Shown here piece after piece: positions 9,773 through 19,888 of a DNA stretch of 63,851 nucleotides. Origin of the DNA: Patescibacteria group bacterium (GTDB lineage Bacteria; Patescibacteriota; Minisyncoccia; Phycocordibacterales; Phycocordibacteraceae); contig JACDGK010000006.1 in NCBI GenBank assembly GCA_013815345.1, forward strand, positions 1-63,851, given 5' to 3'. The notes beneath the pieces were generated by a model. The model ran no database searches, was not told the origin of the DNA, and saw only the letters and a list, made by a program, of their open reading frames with translations. The first letter of the stretch is position 1. Every line of letters begins with the position of its first letter. The position numbers were made by a program, and so were the translations under genes.

Positions 9773-10984
9773 TCAGATCGATGAAGACAGCGAGTAGATA
9801 GGAGCAATCATGGCGACCGCAAAGATTCCAACGAAAAGTCCGATAAAGAGCATGAGGACGGGCTCGATAATAGTGGAAAGGTCTTTCGTGCGGTCCTCCA
9901 CGTCGGTCTCATAATACTGAGCAACCTGTCCCAACATTTCCGAAACTTTTCCTGTCTCTTCTCCCACGGCGATCATATCCGAAAAGAATATTGGGTACAG
10001 TTTTGGATGCTCTAAAAATGCTACTGAAAGTGCTTCGCCTTTCCGCACTCGTACTTCTGATTCTCCGACAATTTTTCCGAACACATTCCCGCCCACGACC
10101 TCTTCGGTAATGGAAAGCGCCGTAAGCATTTCGACGCCTGAGGAAAGGAGCGAGGAGATAGTGCGCGCTGCGCGCGCACTAAACGTCTCTTTTACGAGCT
10201 CACCTATTATAGGAGCGCGGAGCGCCACGAAAAGAACGGTAGCCGCTCCAATTTTCGACCGTAAAAAAAGAGTCCCTCCCACTGCGAGCACGAACAATCC
10301 GATGAAAACGATAATAAAATGACTACTCATAAAATTCGAAATTCCCAAAATGATCCGGGTTGCCAGAGGAAGCTTCGCGCCGAGCTGCGAAAAGGTCGCT
10401 GAAAGCGTTGGCACCACGAACATAAGCATGAGGATACCTATAATAAGTATCGCGACGAGAATAATGATGGGATAGATCATTGCCCCTTTCACTTTTTTCG
10501 TAAGTTGAGAGGAACGTTCCATTTGTTGAGCGACAATCTTGAGCGTATCAGAAAGCGATCCACCCTCCTCACCCGCCTTCGTCATGGCAATGAATAGTTT
10601 TGGAAAGACATTTGCGTGATCCGCGAGAGCTTCATGAAAAGACGTACCTGCTTTAATCTTTTCCTGAATATCATTCACTATTTTCTTAAATGCTTTATTC
10701 GCCGATTGACGTTCTATGACTGACAAGGCGCGTGAGAGTGTAAGGCCTGCAGAAAGCATCGCCGCCAGATTTTTTGTAAAGGTAATCTTAGTCTCTAGTT
10801 TAACGCCTGTGCCTATCGTGAGACTGGTCCACGCAGGCATCGCAAATCCTCCCCCTTCTTCCAAAGAAACAATGCTTTCTCCATTTTTTTCTACCTGCGA
10901 GTACACCGCGAAACGTGAGTCCGCTTCAATAGTGCGAGGCTCCTCACTACCATCGGTCTTCCTCACCATTACCCGGAATTTCAT
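9773..10984 (-). CDS. pilC: Type IV pilus platform protein PilC (GspF family)
   Basis: Two GspF repeats: AGEEGGSL...KVKGAMIYP and VGEETGKV...LSTIIEP. Confidence 0.93.
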   Translation of the reverse strand: MKFRVMVRKTDGSEEPRTIEADSRFAVYSQVEKNGESIVSLEEGGGFAMPAWTSLTIGTGVKLETKITFTKNLAAMLSAGLTLSRALSVIERQSANKAFKKIVNDIQEKIKAGTSFHEALADHANVFPKLFIAMTKAGEEGGSLSDTLKIVAQQMERSSQLTKKVKGAMIYPIIILVAILIIGILMLMFVVPTLSATFSQLGAKLPLATRIILGISNFMSSHFIIVFIGLFVLAVGGTLFLRSKIGAATVLFVALRAPIIGELVKETFSARAARTISSLLSSGVEMLTALSITEEVVGGNVFGKIVGESEVRVRKGEALSVAFLEHPKLYPIFFSDMIAVGEETGKVSEMLGQVAQYYETDVEDRTKDLSTIIEPVLMLFIGLFVGIFAVAMIAPIYSLSSSI

Positions 10985-11014
10985 GAAAAAAGTGTAGCAC
11001 GTGCACGTCGCACG

Positions 11015-12766
11015 TTATTCAGCAACCGCTCGTAGTACTTCCTCGAGAGACGTAACGCCACGTGTTGCTTTATAGAGTCCATCTTCAAACATGGTCAACA
11101 TGCCTTCTTTGCGTGCTTGGCCTTCTATCGCATCCGTAATTCCTCCATGGAGAATGAGGTCGCGCACCGCTGACGAGACCGAAAGGATTTCATGGATGCC
11201 GATGCGACTGTGATAACCATCGTCTGATTCGGCTGAAGGTTTTGGGTGATAAAAAGGAAGAGAGTCGATTTTTGTGGCCGGCTTTTCTAACTTTTCGTCG
11301 ATAAGATCTTTCAACACCGCTTCAAAATGATCCTTTGTTGCGATCTTTTCGCGTTCCGCGGCATCGAGCGTATACTGCTCTTTACTGTCAGTGAGACGGC
11401 GCACGAGACGCTGGCCCACAATAACTCTAAGCGTCGACACGAGAAGAAATGGTTCGACTCCCATATCCATGAGTCGCGGAATGGCGCCCGCAGCACTGTT
11501 CGTATGAATAGTTGAGAGTACCAGGTGGCCCGTAAGTGCGGCATTTATCGCAAGCGCAGCCGTTTCGCTATCTCGAATCTCTCCTACCATGATGATGTTT
11601 GGGTCCTGTCGCAGAAGTGCGCGGAGTCCATTTGCAAACGTAAAACCGATTGCTGGATTCACCTGTGTTTGATTCACTCTTTTCATCTGATATTCGATAG
11701 GGTCCTCGACGGTAGATATGTTCACGTCTGGCGTATTTAAAATATCGAGCACAGTATAAAGCGTCGTCGTCTTTCCCGAACCAGTCGGTCCTGAAATGAG
11801 AATGATTCCTGTCGTCTGCTTCATAGCCGAATGCATGCGCTCGAGACTCTCCCCGTGGAAGCCAAGCGCTTCAAGGGTGAATCCCTCACCGGTCTCACGC
11901 AAAAGACGCATAACGACCTTTTCACCGAAATACACCGGCAAGAGCGAGACGCGGAACGAAACTTTATCGCTTTCGGTTTCCATCTTGAAGCGACCGTCTT
12001 GCGGCAAGCGTTTCTCATCGAGCTTCAGATTTGCCAACACTTTGATACGTGCGGTGATACCGGGTGCTGCTTGTTTCGGAAGCGTCATCGCGTCCCGCAA
12101 AATGCCGTCGATACGGTAACGCACGAGTACCTCTTCTTCCATGGGTTCGATATGAATGTCAGAAGCGGATTGTGTTATGGCGTGGCGTAAAAGAGTATCC
12201 ACAATGCGTACGATCGGCAGATCCTCTGCCATTTTTTTCAGAGCGTCTCCCGTGATCTCCTCACCATCAGAATCTTTTACCAGCTTTATTTTTCCGGCTT
12301 CCGTCGAAATGAGGTCACCAAATTCCTCTTTGAGTGATTTCTGATACTGCAAAAGTGCGTGTTTTATAGAGTCGTCATCGGTGAGACGAGGAAGGATCTT
12401 CAGTCCGGTCTTCTTGCGAACCGAGTCAATGGCGGGAAGGTCTTCGGTATCGAGCATCGCGACTTCAAGCGAGTCAGCGCTCTTTTTGAACGCGATAATA
12501 TTGTGCGTGCGTGCGATAGGTTCGGGAATGAGCGAAAGCACCTCAAATGGTATCTTGCCGTCCTTCAGATTTACGAATTGCATCCCAAGCACATAGGCGG
12601 TAATGCGTCGAAGTGCGTCACTTGATATCTGACCATCTGACACGAGAATATCGCCAACCGATTGCTTTTGCGCAGTAGCTTTTACTTCTGCAGCATCAAT
12701 ATCCTTTCGGGCGACGAGTCCCGAATCCATTATGAATCTTTTTAGTTCGCTTTCAGAGACTTGCAT
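11015..12766 (-). CDS. pilB: Type IV pilus assembly ATPase PilB (GspE family)
   Basis: ASDIHIEP, RLPQDGR, GPTGSGKTTT, TVEDPIEY, LRQDPNIIMVGEIRD, TGHLVLSTIH. Confidence 0.95.
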   Translation of the reverse strand: MQVSESELKRFIMDSGLVARKDIDAAEVKATAQKQSVGDILVSDGQISSDALRRITAYVLGMQFVNLKDGKIPFEVLSLIPEPIARTHNIIAFKKSADSLEVAMLDTEDLPAIDSVRKKTGLKILPRLTDDDSIKHALLQYQKSLKEEFGDLISTEAGKIKLVKDSDGEEITGDALKKMAEDLPIVRIVDTLLRHAITQSASDIHIEPMEEEVLVRYRIDGILRDAMTLPKQAAPGITARIKVLANLKLDEKRLPQDGRFKMETESDKVSFRVSLLPVYFGEKVVMRLLRETGEGFTLEALGFHGESLERMHSAMKQTTGIILISGPTGSGKTTTLYTVLDILNTPDVNISTVEDPIEYQMKRVNQTQVNPAIGFTFANGLRALLRQDPNIIMVGEIRDSETAALAINAALTGHLVLSTIHTNSAAGAIPRLMDMGVEPFLLVSTLRVIVGQRLVRRLTDSKEQYTLDAAEREKIATKDHFEAVLKDLIDEKLEKPATKIDSLPFYHPKPSAESDDGYHSRIGIHEILSVSSAVRDLILHGGITDAIEGQARKEGMLTMFEDGLYKATRGVTSLEEVLRAVAE

Positions 12767-12835
12767 GCGTGGTTACTTTCTTAAGTATAACGCGCCGAAG
12801 CCTTAACCTATCAACAGGAAGCCTTCCTAAGGTGC

Positions 12836-12869
12836 ATTTGTAATGTTAAGTTTACTTAACATTACAAAT
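12836..12869. repeat. Perfect 16-bp inverted repeat with 2-nt spacer (operator or cruciform candidate)
   Basis: ATTTGTAATGTTAAGT-tt-ACTTAACATTACAAAT in the pilB / DM13 divergent intergenic region. Confidence 0.85.
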
Positions 12870-12884
12870 AGTACCGATTTTCGT

Positions 12885-13403
12885 ATGAACACAAAATGGA
12901 TTATGGGCGGAGTTGTGGCGTTAGCGGTTCTTGGGTTTGGTTATTATGCGATTTCTCCTCTTTTTAGAAACATAGGAGCAGACGACGCTCTTCCGCAAAA
13001 CAGCACCGAGCTCTCTACGAACTCGACGATTGCCACGACCGCTACTAGTTCAGCAGGCGAAGCGGCCATGACTCATGAGGGTGCGGCGATGAAAGACGAG
13101 AATCCGACTCCGGTTACGGGAACGGTTGGTCATCCAGCCTCTGGCACGGTCCGCGTCGTAACCACCGACGGCAAAAACTATATCCGCTATGAGAACTTCA
13201 AGACGATTAACGGCCCTGATATCTATGTGTACCTTTCGAAAGACTTGGGCGCAAAAGAGTATATCAGTCTTGGTAAAGTTACGGCGACCGACGGCAATAT
13301 AAACTACGAAATTCCCGCCGGTGTAAATCCAGAAGATTACAAATACGTTTTAACGTGGTGTAAGACCTTTGGCGTGCTGTTTAATTCCGCTCAAATTAAC
13401 TAG
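12885..13403 (+). CDS. Membrane-anchored DM13-domain protein
   Basis: N-terminal TM helix; GHPASG, NGPDIYVYLS, YEIP and WCKTFGVLF match the DM13 consensus. Confidence 0.85.
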   Translation: MNTKWIMGGVVALAVLGFGYYAISPLFRNIGADDALPQNSTELSTNSTIATTATSSAGEAAMTHEGAAMKDENPTPVTGTVGHPASGTVRVVTTDGKNYIRYENFKTINGPDIYVYLSKDLGAKEYISLGKVTATDGNINYEIPAGVNPEDYKYVLTWCKTFGVLFNSAQIN

Positions 13404-13531
13404 GTAAGGAAAATTGACCGGTCGTACCTATATATGGTACATTTTGGGTACCTGAGATGTCCGCCCCCGCGGGCATTTCTTTTAAGAGACATTCGCTTTT
13501 ACCTACAGTGCGACAATTAAATAGCAGACTT

Positions 13532-15007
13532 ATGTTGGATCTAAAAACAATACACTCAGTGCTCGGAGAATTCGAAGATCGCGGTATCACCCGTGAAATT
13601 ATGATCGAAGCCATCGAATCAGCTATGGCGACCGCGTATAAGCGCGAGTACGGCAAGCGCGGACAGATTGTGCGAGCGATGCTCGACATGAATACTGGCA
13701 CCGTCTCCTTTGAACAAGTAAAAACTATCGTAGACGACACAATGGTGCGCTTCCCGACGCCCGATGAAGAAGAAGTAGAGATGCATCATCATGAACACGA
13801 AGAAACTCTCGAAGGCGAACTTCCCCGCTTTGACACCGAAAAGCACATACTTATCGAAGATGCGCGTCGCATCAAGCGCGATGCAGAGCTTGGCGGTGAA
13901 CTCGTCTTCCCGCTCGAGCCCCAAGACGATTTTGGTCGTATCGCTGCGCAGACGGCAAAGCAGGTCATCATTCAAAAAATTCGTGAGGCTGAAAAGCTTT
14001 CCGTGCTTGATGAATTCGGCACGAAGAAGAACGAGATCGTATCCGGCATCGTTCAGCGCATGGAACGTGGCGCCATTTTCATCGATCTCGGTCGCGCGAC
14101 CGGCATCATTCCGTACGAAGAGCAGATTCCGAGCGAGCGTTTCCGGGCCGGTGAACGCATTCAGGCATACCTTTATTCAGTCGATGAAGGTTTTCGTGGC
14201 GTATACCTTCGTCTTTCTCGTTCCCATCCTCGCTTCCTCGTGAAGCTCTTTGAGATGGAAGTACCCGAGCTTGCCTCAGGCGCTCTTGAGGTCAAAGGCA
14301 TTGCACGCGAACCAGGCAGCCGTACAAAAATTGCTATCGCATCGCTTGATCCGCATGTAGACCCTGTGGGTTCTCTCGTCGGGCAGCGCGGCGTACGTGT
14401 GTCTACCGTGATGGCAGCGCTTGGCGGTGAACGCATCGACATCATCGAGTGGTCAGAAGACCAGTCGGCATTCATCAAAGAGTCCCTTTCGCCTGCAAGC
14501 GTGCTTGAGGTAAAGCTCGACGAAGAAAATCATCGTGCAACGGTTACGGTGACCGAAGACCAGCAATCACTCGCAATCGGCCGTGGCGGACAAAATGTGC
14601 GTCTCGCCGCGAAGCTCACCGGCTGGAACATCGACATCATCTCGATGGGCGGTCAGAATGTCGCCGAATCTGATGGTGAAGGAGTATCTATTAAGGACGA
14701 GTCTTCTAAATCTGAAAAATCTATGTCTACTAAAAATCCTGTAGAACCAACCGCAGACGATGAAAGTATCGACGAAGGAGCCGTAGAGATGGCGCAAGCC
14801 ATGTCTGATACGAGCGTCGAAGACGACCAGCCGCAGGTGGAAGGCGTTGAAGGTATCACCGAACAGAATATGATGGTTGCCGAAGAAGATCCTGAAACAT
14901 CGACGCTCGTCGCTGAGGAAGAAACAAACTTCACCGACAATGGTCCAGTCGCTGATGCAGAAGAGTCGCGAGATGAAACGAGCGCCTCAATTCGGGATGG
15001 ATCATAA
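13532..15007 (+). CDS. nusA: Transcription termination/antitermination factor NusA with acidic C-terminal tail
   Basis: [22 protein letters not shown]1 domain, [29 protein letters not shown]. Start moved to 13532. Confidence 0.95.
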   Translation: MLDLKTIHSVLGEFEDRGITREIMIEAIESAMATAYKREYGKRGQIVRAMLDMNTGTVSFEQVKTIVDDTMVRFPTPDEEEVEMHHHEHEETLEGELPRFDTEKHILIEDARRIKRDAELGGELVFPLEPQDDFGRIAAQTAKQVIIQKIREAEKLSVLDEFGTKKNEIVSGIVQRMERGAIFIDLGRATGIIPYEEQIPSERFRAGERIQAYLYSVDEGFRGVYLRLSRSHPRFLVKLFEMEVPELASGALEVKGIAREPGSRTKIAIASLDPHVDPVGSLVGQRGVRVSTVMAALGGERIDIIEWSEDQSAFIKESLSPASVLEVKLDEENHRATVTVTEDQQSLAIGRGGQNVRLAAKLTGWNIDIISMGGQNVAESDGEGVSIKDESSKSEKSMSTKNPVEPTADDESIDEGAVEMAQAMSDTSVEDDQPQVEGVEGITEQNMMVAEEDPETSTLVAEEETNFTDNGPVADAEESRDETSASIRDGS

Positions 15008-15037
15008 TTTTTACGAGATTGTAACTATACTGTACGT

Positions 15038-15556
15038 ATGAACCTCCTTCACGATATTGCTCCCGGCTCCAAAGAAAAGATGAATGTCATCATTGAGATC
15101 CAGCGCGGCTCAATGAATAAATATGAAATTGATAAAGAAACGGGTCTCATCGCACTCGACCGCGTATCTCATACCGCGCAAGCGTATCCTTTTGACTACG
15201 GCTTCGTGCCGCAGACACTTTGGGATGATGGTGATGCGCTCGATGTGATCCTCCTTACGACCGCGCCGCTTCTGCCAGGAATTCTCGTGCACGCACGTCC
15301 TGTTGGATTACTTCCTATGGTAGATGGTGGCGACCGCGATGAAAAAATACTTGCCGTGCCGGCTGGTGATCCACGCTTTGCTGATATCAATGATCTTTCG
15401 GATGTAAACACGCACACGCTCAAAGAGATCGCGCACTTCTTCCTCACCTACAAACAGCTTCAGAGCAAAGAAGTGACGCTTGCCGACTGGCAGGACAAAA
15501 AAGCTGCAGAAGAGGCCTTTGACCGCGGCTGCAAAATGTATTTAGAAAAGAAGTAG
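15038..15556 (+). CDS. ppa: Family I inorganic pyrophosphatase
   Basis: NKYEID, YPFDYGFVPQT and DGDALD motifs. Confidence 0.95.
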   Translation: MNLLHDIAPGSKEKMNVIIEIQRGSMNKYEIDKETGLIALDRVSHTAQAYPFDYGFVPQTLWDDGDALDVILLTTAPLLPGILVHARPVGLLPMVDGGDRDEKILAVPAGDPRFADINDLSDVNTHTLKEIAHFFLTYKQLQSKEVTLADWQDKKAAEEAFDRGCKMYLEKK

Positions 15557-15645
15557 GTGCCAAAAAAGCAGTTCTGTACCACAAGGGCACTTCCAAATTC
15601 CTAGCTCACATAGCTCATAAGGAATTTTGGTCGTATACTGGTGGT

Positions 15646-15846
15646 ATGGACACGACACCAACTCCTGAAAAGACCTCTCCGAATCCTCCCTCACCGCACA
15701 AAAACGCGTCGTGGGGAGCCATACTCTCGATTGTAGTTATTCTCGCTATGATCGTTATCGGCGCTTTTTATGCCTGGGGCAAACGCATAGCTGAAGAACA
15801 CCCTCTGCAGCAGCCAAATTCAGACACAGGACCAGTCAGCTACTAA
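15646..15846 (+). CDS. Small single-pass membrane protein
   Basis: 66 aa with one TM helix ([23 protein letters not shown]); own TATACT-N6-ATG. Confidence 0.75.
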   Translation: MDTTPTPEKTSPNPPSPHKNASWGAILSIVVILAMIVIGAFYAWGKRIAEEHPLQQPNSDTGPVSY

Positions 15847-15881
15847 ATCCCTCAACGTTTTATCCGAATATACATCTTTCT

Positions 15882-16493
15882 ATGAATACAAAAAATCAAC
15901 TTCCCCGTGCATCGATGCTTGTTCCAATGGTGATCGAAAAATCGCAGTTCGGCGAACGTGCCTACGACATCTATTCGCGACTTCTTCGCGAGCGCATCGT
16001 TTTCCTTGGTGGTGCGATTGATGACGACGTTGCGAATCTCATCATCTCGCAGCTCCTTTTCCTTGAGTCTGAAGATCCAAAAAAAGATATTTATCTCTAC
16101 GTGAACACGCCCGGTGGTCATGTGCACTCTGGTCTCGCTATTGTCGACGCGATGAATCATGTGAAGCCGGATGTTTCAACGGTTGCCGTCGGTATGGCAG
16201 CGAGCATGGGTTCTATCATTCTTGCTTCGGGTGCTAAGGGAAAGCGCTTTGCGCTCCCAAATGCTGACATCATGATTCATCAACCCCATGGCGGTGCTGA
16301 GGGCCAGGCGAGCGACATAGAAATAAGTGCCCGCCGTATCCTCTCGCTCCGTGAACGACTTAATAAAATGCTTGCGAAGGCAACCGGTCAGACTCTCGAG
16401 AAAATCGAACGCGACGTAGATCGCGACTTCTTCATGACCGCCGACGAAGCAAAAAAGTACGGCCTCATCGACCAGGTGTATAAGACGAAATAG
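15882..16493 (+). CDS. clpP: ATP-dependent Clp protease proteolytic subunit
   Basis: [23 protein letters not shown] (catalytic Ser), MIHQP (His). Confidence 0.97.
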   Translation: MNTKNQLPRASMLVPMVIEKSQFGERAYDIYSRLLRERIVFLGGAIDDDVANLIISQLLFLESEDPKKDIYLYVNTPGGHVHSGLAIVDAMNHVKPDVSTVAVGMAASMGSIILASGAKGKRFALPNADIMIHQPHGGAEGQASDIEISARRILSLRERLNKMLAKATGQTLEKIERDVDRDFFMTADEAKKYGLIDQVYKTK

Positions 16494-16650
16494 TGTGTTA
16501 TTTTGCTTGCATACCGCAACGACCGATTTTCCTGATTATTTACTGATTTCCTGCTTTTCTGACCCCGACTCAGTCATTTTGGTTCACTAAACCGCTTTAG
16601 ATTCAGGTGCGCAAAATACCGGGCGATGAAGCAGGCTCACGCAATCCTGT

Positions 16651-18180
16651 ATGTCCATCACACTTGTTTTAAGCCTTCTGGCGTTTTCCGGCCTTGCCGG
16701 TATTGCCCTCGGATATGTGCTTCGACTTTTGATAGCGCTTGGACAGCGTGGATCTTTGGAATTGGAAGTGAGACAAAAACTCATCGAGGCACGCGAACGT
16801 GCAGATCGCATTATCAAAAATGCTGAGGAAGAGGCGGAGAAACTAGAAGCAGAACGACTCGACCCCATACACGAACGTGAAGAAAAACTCGAAAAGATCG
16901 AGGAGCGCGTATTGAAGCGCGAAGAATTTCTTGATGAAAGTGCCCGCAAGCTAAGCGAGCAATCCGAGAGTGTTCGTGCTCGAGAAAACGAAGTTGCAAA
17001 TTTACGCAAAGAAGCTGAAAAGCTTATCGCTGAAGAACGCGTGCAGCTTGAGCGGGTAGCAAATCTTTCAGAAGAAGAAGCACGCAAAAGACTTCTCGAA
17101 CAATTGGAAAAAACCCAAGAGGGTGCGCTTTTGGCACGCATTCAGAAGCTTGAGACCCATGGCAGAAAGCAGCTCGAGGAAAAAGCCCGTACGATTCTTC
17201 TCTCAGCTATACATCGCATGGGCAATGCAGTAAATAGCGAAATAATGACACTTTCGGTCGCAATTCCGTCCGAAGAAATAAAAGGCAAGATCATCGGCAA
17301 AGAGGGCCGAAATATAAAAGCATTTGAACGCGCCACTGGCGTGGATGTCATTATTGACGACGCTCCTGATAAAATTACTCTTTCATCATTTGACCCTTTG
17401 CGCCGTCACATAGCAAAAGTCGCGCTTGAAAAGCTTATTACCGATGGTCGTATTCAACCCGCCAAGATAGAGGAAACAGTCCAAAAAACTAAAGAAGAAG
17501 TGGATGAATTGATTAAACAAAAAGGCGAAGAAGCAGCCTATGAAGTAGGACTCGTCGGACTCGATCCGCGCCTCATTAGCCTTATCGGCCGATTGTATTT
17601 CCGCACAAGCTATGGTCAGAACGTATTGCAGCATTCAGTGGAGATGGCACACATTGCAGGTATTCTCGCGAGCGAGCTTGGCGCTGATGCAGAAGTTGCA
17701 CGGGCTGGTTCTCTGCTTCACGACATAGGCAAAGCTATAGACCATGAGGTGCAGGGCACGCATGTTGAAATCGGTCGTCGCATTCTTGAAAAATTTGGCG
17801 TGGATCGACGCGTCATTCAAGCCATGCAAGCCCATCATGAAGAATATCCCTTTGAAACACCTGAATCGATTATTGTGCAGGTGGCAGACGCTATCTCCGC
17901 AGGACGTCCTGGTGCCCGCCATGACACCGTAGAGCGATATCTCGAGCGCCTAGGAGACCTCGAGCGCATTGCCGGAGGGTTCCCAGGAGTTGAAAAGAGT
18001 TACGCGATACAGGCAGGCCGCGAAATACGCATTTTCGTGAATCCCGGCAAGGTTTCTGATCTCGCCATGCATAAGATGGCGCGCGAAATAGCTGAGCGTG
18101 TACACCAGGAACTTAAATATCCTGGAGAGATAAAGGTAAATGTTATACGCGAGAATCGCGTCGTTGAATTTGCTCGTTAA
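16651..18180 (+). CDS. rny: Ribonuclease Y
   Basis: TM + coiled coil + KH (KGKIIGKEGRNI) + HD (LLHDIGK). Confidence 0.97.
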   Translation: MSITLVLSLLAFSGLAGIALGYVLRLLIALGQRGSLELEVRQKLIEARERADRIIKNAEEEAEKLEAERLDPIHEREEKLEKIEERVLKREEFLDESARKLSEQSESVRARENEVANLRKEAEKLIAEERVQLERVANLSEEEARKRLLEQLEKTQEGALLARIQKLETHGRKQLEEKARTILLSAIHRMGNAVNSEIMTLSVAIPSEEIKGKIIGKEGRNIKAFERATGVDVIIDDAPDKITLSSFDPLRRHIAKVALEKLITDGRIQPAKIEETVQKTKEEVDELIKQKGEEAAYEVGLVGLDPRLISLIGRLYFRTSYGQNVLQHSVEMAHIAGILASELGADAEVARAGSLLHDIGKAIDHEVQGTHVEIGRRILEKFGVDRRVIQAMQAHHEEYPFETPESIIVQVADAISAGRPGARHDTVERYLERLGDLERIAGGFPGVEKSYAIQAGREIRIFVNPGKVSDLAMHKMAREIAERVHQELKYPGEIKVNVIRENRVVEFAR

Positions 18181-18231
18181 AATTCTCTAAATCGCTGAAA
18201 ATACGCTATCCCCGCACTCTTTTTAGGGGAC

Positions 18232-18259
18232 TTGCATAATATGGCGCATTTCCTATACT
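18232..18259 (+). promoter_or_regulatory. Putative sigma70 promoter of hup
   Basis: TTGCAT-16 bp-TATACT upstream of the HU gene. Confidence 0.45.
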
Positions 18260-18311
18260 TTCACCGTAACCCTCCCCAAGAGGATTTAGCCCTAATTAGA
18301 CTCTTATTCCT

Positions 18312-18584
18312 ATGAATAAAGCAGACATCGTAGCAAAGGTTCAAGAAGTACTCGGCGGCACGCGCGCTGATGCAGATCGTGCAGTTGAGTCAGTCATTGA
18401 ATCGATTATGGGAGGCCTTAAGTCTGGCGACGAAGTTTCTATCGCTGGTCTCGGTATCTTTACCGCAAAGGCTCGCCCTGCTCGAATCGGCCGCAATCCT
18501 CGCACTGGTGAGAGCATCAAGATCGCGGCAACCCGCACTCCTAAATTCCGCGCAGCAAAAGCGCTCAAGGACGCAGTCAAATAA
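18312..18584 (+). CDS. hup: Histone-like DNA-binding protein HU
   Basis: MNKADIV...GLGIF...RIGRNPRTGE...PKFRAAKALKDAV. Confidence 0.97.
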   Translation: MNKADIVAKVQEVLGGTRADADRAVESVIESIMGGLKSGDEVSIAGLGIFTAKARPARIGRNPRTGESIKIAATRTPKFRAAKALKDAVK

Positions 18585-18607
18585 TAAAGAAGGTTTGATA
18601 AAGAAGG

Positions 18608-18637
18608 AGGCCGTTCCCCTAGGGGAACGGCCTTTTT
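18608..18637 (+). terminator. Rho-independent terminator (probably bidirectional) between hup and the purH-like gene
   Basis: AGGCCGTTCCCC-ta-GGGGAACGGCCT followed by a T run. Confidence 0.8.
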
Positions 18638-18657
18638 CGTTTGCCTCACTATGCAAG

Positions 18658-19767
18658 CTAATGCCCGAAGAATCCTCGAGCAACCTTATCAGGCAGAGTA
18701 ATGAGCGTAATGCCCAGCTTCTCTACCCGAGCGGCCACAGCCTCATCTCGTTCTGAACCGGTGGTAGCAAAGATTTTATAGATACCACCTCGATGAAGCG
18801 CATCTATGCCATCGATAAAAGGAAAGAACGAATCGCTTACCGCTACCGCCCCAGCACGTCCCCGCAGAGGTGCGCAGTATTGACGTAAGGCTTCCTGGCA
18901 GGCACCGACTCGATCCTGGCCACCTACCGCATTCGCCCAGATGGCGCCGTCCGCAGCGATAGTGATGGTGTTGCTTCGACTGGTCCGACACACTGCATCT
19001 GCGAGGGCTATATCTCGGTAGTATGTCCCGAGATTATCGGCTGGCCCCCGAATCCGAATGCGATTGTCGGTAAAGTCGAGCACGTACGGATCAGGATTTT
19101 CAATAATTTCCAGATCAAGAATATCGAGTGACTTCCGCGAAGGAATCACTGGCAAGTGCGCACGATTAAGCGTTGCGAGCTCAGCGTTCTCGAACGTGAG
19201 AAAGGGGCGACTCGTCCGTTTGAGAACGTCATACGCGGCTGTATCGACGTGGGGAGCCGCAACACCGGCAATAATCCGCTTACCCGCAGGAAATTTATAC
19301 CGGCTCAAAAGTCGCGCTTCGACTTCCCCAATCGGGAATGTGGCAATCACGAGAGCTCCGAAAAGACCAGAGGGATTGCCTTCGATCATTCGCTTAAGCG
19401 CTTGCTCCGGAGTATCTCCTACTCCCGCTCCACAGGCGTTACCATGCTTTACACCCACGGCAACGCAAGGAGAGTTTTTGAAATTCAATTCAAAGGCGGC
19501 TCTGATCTGGATGGCCGTTCGGAGGGCCGCCTGCAGATCAGTGAACGCAATCGCGCTTATGTCAGCAGCTTCTTTGACCTTGCGGCCAAATTTGCCGTTC
19601 GTCTTCCACTGTCTCCAGGATAGAGGATGGTCGATGCCTCTTCGCTCATACAGTTCAGCTTCCGTTCGAGGATTTTCTCCGTATTTCAAGAACCCCACAA
19701 AGCGAAGCGCGATGTTCAGAAGCGGTTGATGGGTGATGCTTTTACGATTGTTTCTATGACGATGCAT
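18658..19767 (-). CDS. PurH-like protein, AICAR transformylase domain only (divergent)
   Basis: LKYGENP, GVKHGNACG, SNTI, GQDRV and VSDSFFPF motifs. No N-terminal MGS-like IMP cyclohydrolase domain. AGGA SD-like element upstream. Confidence 0.75.
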   Translation of the reverse strand: MHRHRNNRKSITHQPLLNIALRFVGFLKYGENPRTEAELYERRGIDHPLSWRQWKTNGKFGRKVKEAADISAIAFTDLQAALRTAIQIRAAFELNFKNSPCVAVGVKHGNACGAGVGDTPEQALKRMIEGNPSGLFGALVIATFPIGEVEARLLSRYKFPAGKRIIAGVAAPHVDTAAYDVLKRTSRPFLTFENAELATLNRAHLPVIPSRKSLDILDLEIIENPDPYVLDFTDNRIRIRGPADNLGTYYRDIALADAVCRTSRSNTITIAADGAIWANAVGGQDRVGACQEALRQYCAPLRGRAGAVAVSDSFFPFIDGIDALHRGGIYKIFATTGSERDEAVAARVEKLGITLITLPDKVARGFFGH

Positions 19768-19888
19768 ATGTTGTTCCTAATGTTCATGGATGATCTACAT
19801 TCACCCTAGCAAAGTGAGCATGTACTGGCAAAATTTGCTACATTTTTTATATGTGTTATTGTGAAATCTGGCAATCAGAAAGGAACCC

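Noticed and set aside
16494-16650. 6S RNA upstream of rny (a common location in other phyla)
   Set aside because: Only about 155 nt including promoter space, and no long closing stem could be found.
19768-19888. ZTP (pfl) riboswitch upstream of the purH-like gene
   Set aside because: The consensus elements (GACUGGCG...GGGAG and 3' CGCCUGGGC) are absent.
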